Assembly: GCA_043806035.1 (NCBI GenBank)
Contig: JAZDHK010000018.1
Span: forward strand, 1-14,607
Direction: 5' to 3'
From: an archaeon
Lineage (GTDB): Archaea; Nanobdellota; Nanobdellia; Woesearchaeales; UBA9642
Length of the DNA: 14,607 nucleotides
The translations under genes and the position numbers were made by a program. The notes below the pieces were generated by a model, which saw nothing but the letters and a program-made list of their open reading frames with translations, was not told the DNA's origin and searched no databases. Below are positions 8,061 to 14,607 of the stretch, piece by piece. The number at the start of each line of letters is the position of its first letter. Positions within the stretch are counted from its first letter, which is position 1.

Positions 8061-8642
8061 ATGGCAAAGAAGAAAGCACCCGAAAAAAAACCAACACAGG
8101 AAGCAAAAGTCGTCGGCATAAAAGTCGTTAACATCGTTGTCAGCACCAGTCTCGAGCACGACATTCCTCTCGAGAAAATGGCAGCAACACTTTCCAACAC
8201 CGAATACAATCCAGAACAATTTCCTGGTCTTGTCATCCGCATCAAGGAACCGAAGACCTCTGCATTGATTTTCAGTTCAGGCAAAGTAGTCTGCACAGGT
8301 GCAAGGAGCATGGAGAAGGTCGAGGAAAGCATAGCCAAGATCATCGAATCGCTCAAAAAAATCAACATCCACATCAAGGTGAAGCCGAAGATCATCATCC
8401 AGAATCTCGTCGCCGCAGGAAGCATAGGCATAGACCTCAACTTGAACGTGCTTGCCATGTCCCTGCCTAACACGGAATACGAACCGGAACAATTCCCCGG
8501 GCTCGTGTACAAGCTCATGGAAGCCAAGGCGACATTCTTGCTGTTCAGCAATGGAAAAGTGGTGTGCACAGGCACGAAGTCAGAAGAGGCAGTGCATCAC
8601 GCGCTTGAGTTGCTCATCAAGAACCTTAAGAAGGTCATGTAA
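8061..8642 (+). CDS. tbp: TATA-box binding protein
   Basis: Two internal repeats 91 aa apart: NTEYNPEQFPGLV...IFSSGKVVCTG and NTEYEPEQFPGLV...LFSNGKVVCTG. Confidence 0.98.
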   Translation: MAKKKAPEKKPTQEAKVVGIKVVNIVVSTSLEHDIPLEKMAATLSNTEYNPEQFPGLVIRIKEPKTSALIFSSGKVVCTGARSMEKVEESIAKIIESLKKINIHIKVKPKIIIQNLVAAGSIGIDLNLNVLAMSLPNTEYEPEQFPGLVYKLMEAKATFLLFSNGKVVCTGTKSEEAVHHALELLIKNLKKVM

Positions 8643-8674
8643 CGACTACAGATAATTTGCGGTATAGCGATAGC

Positions 8675-8687
8675 TATATTAAAAAAA
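8675..8687 (+). promoter_or_regulatory. Putative TATA box for mcm
   Basis: TATATTAAAAAAA about 25-35 bp upstream of ATG 8710. Confidence 0.5.
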
Positions 8688-8709
8688 GAGCATTCACCAC
8701 GTTGAGAGC

Positions 8710-11700
8710 ATGGAAACAGCAGAGCTCATCTTCAAATTCCAGGAATTCATTGAACAAAACTGTCAAAACGAGCTCGCAGAAAACATCAGTAAAGGCCTCA
8801 AATTCTTACACGTCGATTTCTCTCTTGTTGCAAAATTCAGCCCCGAGCTCGCAGACTTCCTCATCGAACAGCCAGAGGACGGCATACGTGCGGCGGAACT
8901 CAGCATGGAGCGATTTGATGTCGACACAAAACAGTTCAAGATACGTCTCTTCAACCTGCCAAGAAGCCAGCACATCAGGATCAGAGATATCAGGAGCCAA
9001 CAGATAGGCTTGCTCTTGCAAATAGAAGGCATCGTCAGACAAAAGAGCGACGTCCGTCCCCAAGTGACCATGGCTCGTTTCGAATGTCCTTCGTGCGGGA
9101 ATATCATGAACATCATCCAAGTGGAAGCGAAATTCAAAGAACCAACACGATGCAACGGATGCGCGAGAACAGGAAAGTTCAGAATGATCAATAAAGAACT
9201 CGTCGATGCCCAAAAGATCGTGCTGGAAGAGGCTCCCGAGGAGCTGGAGGGGGGAGAGCAGCCAAAACGCCTGAGCGTCTTCCTCAAGAACGACCTCGTC
9301 AGCCCCATGTCAGAAAAGAGGACAAACCCCGGAAGCAGGATAACGGTTGTTGGCGTCGTTCATGAAATCCCCATCATGGACGCAGGAGGGGTGAAAAGCA
9401 CACGGTACGACCTCATCCTCGAGGCAAACCACGTCAAACCCGTACTCGAGGATTTTACGTGGGCAGAAATTTCTCCCAAAGAACAAGAACAAATCATTGC
9501 ATTAAGCCAAGATCCAAAAGTGTACAGGAAGCTCTGCAACAGCATAGCACCCAGCATTTATGGGCATGAACGCGTCAAAGAAGCGCTCGTCCTGCAACTC
9601 ATGGGTGGCGCAAAAAAGACGAGAGAAGACGGCATTACTGTTAGGGGTGACATCCATGTCCTGCTCGTGGGAGATCCAGGAAGCGGAAAAAGCCAGCTCA
9701 TCAAGAGAGTCAGTATGGTCGCGCCCAAAGCCAGGTTTGTGAGCGGCAAAGGCGCAAGCGGCGCAGGCATGACTGCAAGTGTCGTCAGGGATGAATTCAT
9801 CAGAGGATTCGCCCTAGAGGCGGGCGCTTTAGTCCTCACCAACAACGGCATCTGCTGCATCGATGAATTGGATAAGATGAGCAAGGAAGACACCTCTGCC
9901 ATGCATGAAGCATTGGAGCAACAGAGCTACCACTACAATACCGAAATAATGTTTGCAGATGGCTCAACAGAGAAAATAGGCACATTTGTTGACGAACTCT
10001 TAGATGGCGAAAATGACAATATCATTAAGGGCAAGGAATGTGAGATTCTTATTCGCGATGATTTTCCCAGAATACTAACTACAGATTTTTCCTCCATCTG
10101 GCCCGTGCGTATTGCAAATGTGAGTAGGCATAAAGCGCCAGATCATTTCTACAAAATAACGTATAGAAACGGGCAGCACATAGTCGTTACACCTGAGCAT
10201 CCCATTTATATAGCTCAGCAAGGGGCAATAGCCACATGCGCTGCACAAGATGTACAAAAAGGAATGATGGCACCAGCACCCAGACTGCTGCCGATGCAAG
10301 ACATGCGGGAAGACGCAGATTGTGCCGATGTTGATCAACAACAGAAAACAGAGCAGTATGGCCTATATTTGGGTTTACAGTGTAGTGAAGGACACACGTA
10401 TGCGAACAGCAAGCAGCGTTATGCAGAAGTGGGCATCAGCACAACAAACGCTGCAATACAAGCTTTGGCACACTCAACCATGCAGACAGTCTTTGGAAAG
10501 ACACCATCAGTACATGTACGCGCTGCAGAGCAGAACGCGAAGGCAAGCAAACCACTATTCACCGTGCGAACTTCATCAAAACAGTCATATCAGCTGCTCA
10601 TGTATAGAACTCCTGAACTTCTACAGAAAGCGCCGAAGAAGAGGGTGCCACAAGAAGTAAAAACAGGATCCCTTGCGCTCAAGCAAGCATTCCTTCAAGG
10701 ATTCTTTCTCGGTGATGGTTTTGTTGACAGCGAACGTGTAGGATTCTCCACCAGCTCGCGATACCTAGCAGAGGATTTACAACAAATCCTGTTGCAACTT
10801 GACATGGTGAGTTCAATCCAAACGGAAAATCGTGCTGGGAAATTCTATTACAAAGTCATTCTTTCAGGCATGCAAAGCTATGAGACATTTTATCACAACA
10901 TACTTCACCCTGTTGATGGGAGAAGGCAGCGCGTTCACATGCTCATGCGACGCAGTGCCAATAAAGCGAATGATAGGGACGTGCTACCTCACGAACACGT
11001 GCAAAATCTAGTCGGACTGCTCAAGGCATTTAGAATATGTGATGGTTATTTTTATCGCAGTCTATGCAAGCAACACCACGCACACAGGCGGACGATGTGG
11101 CATTATCTCGTGCGTGTCGAACAGAGACTGCACCAAGCACTACTTGCTCTCTCGGGCACTGACGTAAAGAACATAAAGCGTTTATGGGCAATCAATACAA
11201 CCAGTGTTGCAAACGAGATGGCATGTTCCACATCCAGCATAAGAAATTACATGCACATGAAACACACAAAATACCAAGAACTGCTCTCTGTCGTCTGTAC
11301 GCTGGCACAGCGGAAGAAAGACAAAATACTCCCCTCTGTACTGTATCTCCACAACCTCCTTACCAGCGACATACGTTTTGTTCAAATAACGAACGTCGAA
11401 CGCATCCCAAACCACAATGAACAATGGACATATGACGTGACGGTCGAGCCACTGCACACGTTCATCAGCAAGAATCTCGTCCTACACAACACAGTCTCCA
11501 TCAACAAGGCGAACATCCAGGCGACGCTTCGGGCAGAGACTACCGTTCTCGCAGCTGCAAACCCAAAATTTGGCAGGTTTGACCCTTTTGAGATGATAGC
11601 AAAGCAGATAGACTTGCCGAGCACGCTCATCAACAGATTCGACTTAATCTTTCCTATACGAGACATGCCTGACAAGAGCAAGGATGAAAAGCTCGCCAGT

Positions 11701-12291
11701 TTCGTTTTGAACCTGCACCAAGGTCTCGATGTCAAGAAGGCAGACATTCCTACAGAGCTCTTCAAGAAATACGTGAGCTATGCGCGAATGCACATTCGTC
11801 CTAAATTGAGTACGGCGGCGCTGAGCGAGATCAAGGAGTACTATGTAAAAATGCGTTCTTCAGGAGAGCGAGAGGGTGAAATTTCAGCAATCCCCATCAC
11901 GGCAAGGCAGCTTGAGGCTCTTGTTAGGTTGGCTGAGGCGAGCGCAAGGACAAGACTCAATGACACAGTAACCAAGGCCGATGCACGTGTAGCAATAGAG
12001 CTCATGCACTTCTGCCTAACGCAAATAGGTGTTGACCCAGAAACAGGCAGGATTGACATTGACAGAATAAGTACGGGCATAACGGCAAGCCAACGAGGGC
12101 ACATGCACACCATCAAGGACATCATCACCGAGCTCGAGGCAGTCGTTGGCAAGATGATTCCTATAGAGGACATCATTCGGGAAGCGGGCAACAAGAACAT
12201 TGATGCGGACAAAGTGGATGAAGTGCTCGAAAAGTTGAGGAGGAGCGGCGACCTCTTCAGCCCTAAGCCGGGGCACATTTCAAAAGTGTAA
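8710..12291 (+). CDS. mcm: Replicative helicase MCM, intein-containing precursor (1193 aa; 671 aa after splicing)
   Basis: Zinc finger CPSC...CNGC, IAPSIYGH, Walker A GDPGSGKSQ, Walker B IDELDKM, MHEALEQQ|TVSINKA interrupted by the intein, AAANP, Arg finger NRFD, sensor-2 ITARQLE, C-terminal winged helix. Confidence 0.98.
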   Translation: METAELIFKFQEFIEQNCQNELAENISKGLKFLHVDFSLVAKFSPELADFLIEQPEDGIRAAELSMERFDVDTKQFKIRLFNLPRSQHIRIRDIRSQQIGLLLQIEGIVRQKSDVRPQVTMARFECPSCGNIMNIIQVEAKFKEPTRCNGCARTGKFRMINKELVDAQKIVLEEAPEELEGGEQPKRLSVFLKNDLVSPMSEKRTNPGSRITVVGVVHEIPIMDAGGVKSTRYDLILEANHVKPVLEDFTWAEISPKEQEQIIALSQDPKVYRKLCNSIAPSIYGHERVKEALVLQLMGGAKKTREDGITVRGDIHVLLVGDPGSGKSQLIKRVSMVAPKARFVSGKGASGAGMTASVVRDEFIRGFALEAGALVLTNNGICCIDELDKMSKEDTSAMHEALEQQSYHYNTEIMFADGSTEKIGTFVDELLDGENDNIIKGKECEILIRDDFPRILTTDFSSIWPVRIANVSRHKAPDHFYKITYRNGQHIVVTPEHPIYIAQQGAIATCAAQDVQKGMMAPAPRLLPMQDMREDADCADVDQQQKTEQYGLYLGLQCSEGHTYANSKQRYAEVGISTTNAAIQALAHSTMQTVFGKTPSVHVRAAEQNAKASKPLFTVRTSSKQSYQLLMYRTPELLQKAPKKRVPQEVKTGSLALKQAFLQGFFLGDGFVDSERVGFSTSSRYLAEDLQQILLQLDMVSSIQTENRAGKFYYKVILSGMQSYETFYHNILHPVDGRRQRVHMLMRRSANKANDRDVLPHEHVQNLVGLLKAFRICDGYFYRSLCKQHHAHRRTMWHYLVRVEQRLHQALLALSGTDVKNIKRLWAINTTSVANEMACSTSSIRNYMHMKHTKYQELLSVVCTLAQRKKDKILPSVLYLHNLLTSDIRFVQITNVERIPNHNEQWTYDVTVEPLHTFISKNLVLHNTVSINKANIQATLRAETTVLAAANPKFGRFDPFEMIAKQIDLPSTLINRFDLIFPIRDMPDKSKDEKLASFVLNLHQGLDVKKADIPTELFKKYVSYARMHIRPKLSTAALSEIKEYYVKMRSSGEREGEISAIPITARQLEALVRLAEASARTRLNDTVTKADARVAIELMHFCLTQIGVDPETGRIDIDRISTGITASQRGHMHTIKDIITELEAVVGKMIPIEDIIREAGNKNIDADKVDEVLEKLRRSGDLFSPKPGHISKV
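9925..11490 (+). mobile_element. Intein (522 aa) with LAGLIDADG homing endonuclease, inserted in MCM at EQQ|T
   Basis: Block A SYHYNTEIMFADG, block B VTPEHPIY, block C YLGLQCSEG, block E FLQGFFLGDG, block F TYDVTVEPLHTF and block G LVLHN followed by +1 Thr. Removing it restores the conserved MCM sequence ALEQQTVSINKA. Confidence 0.95.
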
Positions 12292-12300
12292 GGTGTGGTA

Positions 12301-12888
12301 ATGCAACGTCAGACAGCAAAGCTCTGCAACATCAAGGACATCTTCCAAGGAAATTATGTGAAGAAAGAAGGGTGGGAGAGCAACTATGTCGAGAGCAGTA
12401 GAGGAAACCTCAATAGAGTGCAGTTCGTTGCAGCAATTGTTAGTAAGGATGATCAGGGCATTTGGCTCGATGATGGTACGGAAAAAATCCAAGGGAGAAC
12501 ATTTGAAGGCGACTTCAGCGCAGTATCTGTCGGGGACATAGTTCTGGTGGTTGCAAAAATCAGGGCATACGCGGAAACAAGGTATCTTGCCGTGGAAATC
12601 ATCCACCCGACTAGCGCAGCATGGTCTGTCTACCAAAGAAAAGTACTCGAATTGTTTCCTGTACGCAAAGTTGAGCAGCACAACGTGCAGCTCATCACCG
12701 AAAAGCCAAAGCAGAGCTTGCACGATGCAGCCCTTGCATTCATTAAAGAACAGGACAAAGGAGATGGCGTGCACGTGGACGCCATCTCCGAACACGTAGG
12801 AAGTACAACAACAGTTCTTGAAGAGCTCTTCAAGCAAGGCGAGATATTCGAGATACGCCCGGGGTTTGTGAAGAGACTCGACTTATAG
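12301..12888 (+). CDS. RPA32/RPA2-like ssDNA-binding subunit (OB fold plus C-terminal winged helix)
   Basis: OB-fold pattern RVQFVAAIV...LDDGT...VGDIVLVVAKIR...YLAVEII and winged-helix tail LFKQGEIFEIRPG. AGGTG SD-like sequence before ATG 12301 (alternative GTG 12295). Confidence 0.8.
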   Translation: MQRQTAKLCNIKDIFQGNYVKKEGWESNYVESSRGNLNRVQFVAAIVSKDDQGIWLDDGTEKIQGRTFEGDFSAVSVGDIVLVVAKIRAYAETRYLAVEIIHPTSAAWSVYQRKVLELFPVRKVEQHNVQLITEKPKQSLHDAALAFIKEQDKGDGVHVDAISEHVGSTTTVLEELFKQGEIFEIRPGFVKRLDL

Positions 12889-13155
12889 TACAATCTGCAC
12901 GTGAGGGATGTTCTGTACGAAAAGTACGTCACGGTCTTCAAGATCTATCTTTTTTTTCAGCAAGGCTATGCTGTCCTTGCCTATGGCGACGATGATGGAG
13001 CGGGGTAAGAGTGCAAGAATTTCTTGCTCGCTTGCAGGCTCCCCTTGGAAGAAAGGGCTGCAAAGGTCGAGAATGGCAATGCCCTCCTCGAACACCTTTC
13101 CTAAGAGATCATCATCGACAATGCAGAGAATTTGGCCGTGGTCCTTAACTATCAT
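12883..13155 (-). CDS. DUF424 family protein
   Basis: CIVDDDLLGKVFEEG...FFQGE...VAIGKDSI...NIPHVQ matches the pattern of this archaeal family. TAATG overlap with aIF-2beta. Confidence 0.8.
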   Translation of the reverse strand: MIVKDHGQILCIVDDDLLGKVFEEGIAILDLCSPFFQGEPASEQEILALLPRSIIVAIGKDSIALLKKKIDLEDRDVLFVQNIPHVQIVL

Positions 13156-13562
13156 TATACTTTGCCCACGAAGCTATGCCTTGCACCGCAGGCCTGGCAG
13201 AGCATGATGTACGTCGAGCCTTCCTTCGTCAATTTCGTATCTGGTCTGCTGCATTCCTTGCAGATGACGAATTCATCAGCGTACTGCGTTATTTTTTCAT
13301 TGATCTTGCCTGCAGCAAGCTTAGTGAGGAAGATGACGGCATTACCTCGCAAATCTCCGGGCGTTGCCATTTCTTTCTGGACGTATTTGAGCAAGTGCTG
13401 CTTTGGCCTGCGCAGAATGTCCGCTATCTGGCCGAAGTTGCTGACTATGGTCTTGTTGCCTTCAATGTGGCCCGTGACTTTAGGGATGACGAAGCGTTCC
13501 TTGTTTTCTGCATCTTCCGGCAGTTGCTGCTTTGCCCTCGCCAACATCTCCTCGTAGTTCAT
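13155..13562 (-). CDS. eif2b: Translation initiation factor 2 beta subunit (aIF-2beta)
   Basis: MNYEEMLARA N-terminal helix, ERFVIP, EGNKTIVSNF, and zinc ribbon CKECSRPDT...CQACGA. Confidence 0.96.
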   Translation of the reverse strand: MNYEEMLARAKQQLPEDAENKERFVIPKVTGHIEGNKTIVSNFGQIADILRRPKQHLLKYVQKEMATPGDLRGNAVIFLTKLAAGKINEKITQYADEFVICKECSRPDTKLTKEGSTYIMLCQACGARHSFVGKV

Positions 13563-13583
13563 GGGTTGAGCAAACTTTCTCCC

Positions 13584-13627
13584 CTTTTTAAGCTTTTGCC
13601 CTCATTTTCACAAAAAACATATAAATA
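13584..13627. promoter_or_regulatory. Divergent promoters: aIF-2beta (minus) and hypothetical gene (plus)
   Basis: Minus strand AAAAGCTTAAAAAG ~25-30 bp above ATG 13562. Plus strand AAAAAACATATAAATA at about 13612-13627. Confidence 0.5.
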
Positions 13628-13656
13628 ACATGAGATTACTGTTGAGTGGTGATAAG

Positions 13657-14232
13657 ATGCGAAGGTTGAGCAATGCGGCAATTGGCATTATTGGCCTAGG
13701 CACAGCAGCTTTGCTGTATCTTGGTATTAGAGGCTGTCATTCCTGGAATGAGTCTGGAGATGGAACGGTTCGTTACGAGGGACAGTTTCGGAACTATCAC
13801 GTGCGATATGTGGAAAGCATAGGTCATCTGGGAAATACGAATATGATGACGTTAGTGGATCAGACGAATGCAGCAGCCTTGCGCAAAATAATCATTTTTG
13901 ATGAGAAAGGAGAAAGAATATCAGACGCTAACTCTCTAGATAACTATGTCATAGATGAAGTGGATATAACTCTCGACGATAAGACGCTGTTGCTCACCAA
14001 GGACAACATCACAAAAAAAACATACTCGTTGGAAGAGGAACAAGAACGGATTTTTACAGATTCATTATGGCAGAGAACAGAAGCGCTCTATGTTGCAGGC
14101 AGAGCCCACGTTTTAGCTGTGGAAAAAGGAGAGATTGCACCAGACCAGTTCTCTCTACTTGCTCTCGACTCGGGCCTTGTGCAAGGTCCCCCGTACGATA
14201 GTTTGGCAGTTTCCCCTTGCACTGACGAGTGA
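13657..14232 (+). CDS. Hypothetical protein with N-terminal signal or membrane anchor
   Basis: Long ORF filling the gap between genes. MRR is followed by hydrophobic AAIGIIGLGTAALLYLGI. GGTGAT SD-like sequence precedes ATG 13657, while ATG 13630 is too close to the TATA box. Confidence 0.7.
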   Translation: MRRLSNAAIGIIGLGTAALLYLGIRGCHSWNESGDGTVRYEGQFRNYHVRYVESIGHLGNTNMMTLVDQTNAAALRKIIIFDEKGERISDANSLDNYVIDEVDITLDDKTLLLTKDNITKKTYSLEEEQERIFTDSLWQRTEALYVAGRAHVLAVEKGEIAPDQFSLLALDSGLVQGPPYDSLAVSPCTDE

Positions 14233-14238
14233 TGTCCC

Positions 14239-14246
14239 TTCTTTTT
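14239..14246 (+). terminator. Possible oligo-T terminator
   Basis: TTCTTTTT 6 nt after the TGA at 14230-14232. Confidence 0.3.
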
Positions 14247-14261
14247 CGAAACATTTATATA
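14247..14261 (+). promoter_or_regulatory. BRE/TATA for the downstream membrane-protein gene
   Basis: CGAAACA followed by TTTATATA. Confidence 0.55.
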
Positions 14262-14323
14262 TTTCAATCTACTTAATAGAGTACTAGTATACTAAATGAT
14301 ACACTGGTGTGTTGTGGTTAAGC

Positions 14324-14607
14324 ATGGTGCTCGAAGAACTCCTCACCCCCCTACAAGCAGAAACCAAACCAGCAAAGGTCATATTCCTAGGGTTCTTGTA
14401 CTGCAGCATAGCACTCTTCCTTGCCAACTGGGTATTCAAGACATACGCAAGCATGATCTTCGTTTTCTTAACTAGCCTCGCAGCCATCCCTCTCGTGTAC
14501 AGCCTCATCAAGATGGAAGAGGAAAAAGACCTCACTGACCTGGAAGAAAAATTCCTCCTGAAAGAACACACCAAAGCGCTCAGCGCATTCATGTTCCTCT
14601 TTCTCGG
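14324..14607 (+). CDS. Integral membrane protein, SpoIIM/DUF95-like; 3' partial and absent from the ORF track
   Basis: Manual translation is open to the window end: MVLEELLTPLQAETKPAKVIFLGFLYCSIALFLANWVFKTYASMIFVFLTSLAAIPLVYSLIKMEEEKDLTDLEEKFLLKEHTKALSAFMFLFL. It has several transmembrane-like segments. The family call is from recollection of similar DPANN proteins. Confidence 0.75.
   Translation, partial: MVLEELLTPLQAETKPAKVIFLGFLYCSIALFLANWVFKTYASMIFVFLTSLAAIPLVYSLIKMEEEKDLTDLEEKFLLKEHTKALSAFMFLFL

Noticed and set aside
7750-8106. 118-aa minus-strand ORF across the intergenic region
   Set aside because: It overlaps the tbp start and promoter, has no recognisable motif, and the region is better explained by ORB-like boxes and promoters.
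8196-8573. 273-nt-spaced internal DNA repeat
   Set aside because: This is the normal two-repeat architecture of TBP.
632-12278. Many long antisense or alternate-frame ORFs (e.g. 632-1165, 1696-2274, 5225-5725, 5750-6241, 6775-7446, 8039-8575, 8763-9308, 11841-12278)
   Set aside because: They are shadows of strongly supported genes, with no recognisable motifs and Ser-rich antisense-type composition.
14282-14294. Overlapping short palindromes TACTAGTA and TAGTATACTA
   Set aside because: They are short, AT-rich and not repeated elsewhere in the window, so they cannot be distinguished from chance.
14284-14592. 102-aa minus-strand ORF
   Set aside because: It is antisense to the better-supported plus-strand membrane protein starting at 14324.

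Overview
Archaeal chromosomal core region, probably from a DPANN lineage such as Woesearchaeota or relatives (inferred from the compact genes and protein styles, not verified). It holds a DNA-replication gene cluster. A candidate replication origin (two inverted 17-bp ORB-like boxes) precedes cdc6/orc1, DP1 and DP2 (PolD). An oppositely oriented three-gene unit follows: an XRE-HTH regulator with a Cys/His metal motif, a ubiquitin-like SAMP/TtuB protein and a TtuA/NcsA tRNA 2-thiolase. After a ~360-bp intergenic region come tbp, mcm (with a 522-aa Ser-initiated LAGLIDADG intein) and an RPA32-like gene. The window ends with convergent DUF424 and aIF-2beta genes, an orphan membrane-anchored protein and a partial SpoIIM-like membrane protein missing from the ORF track. 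The most notable observation is that the ORB-like motif (TTCCATRAGAAA-N4-5-GG(G/A)G) recurs twice ~7.7 kb downstream, upstream of tbp-mcm. This suggests a second or bipartite origin, or an Orc1-controlled promoter.
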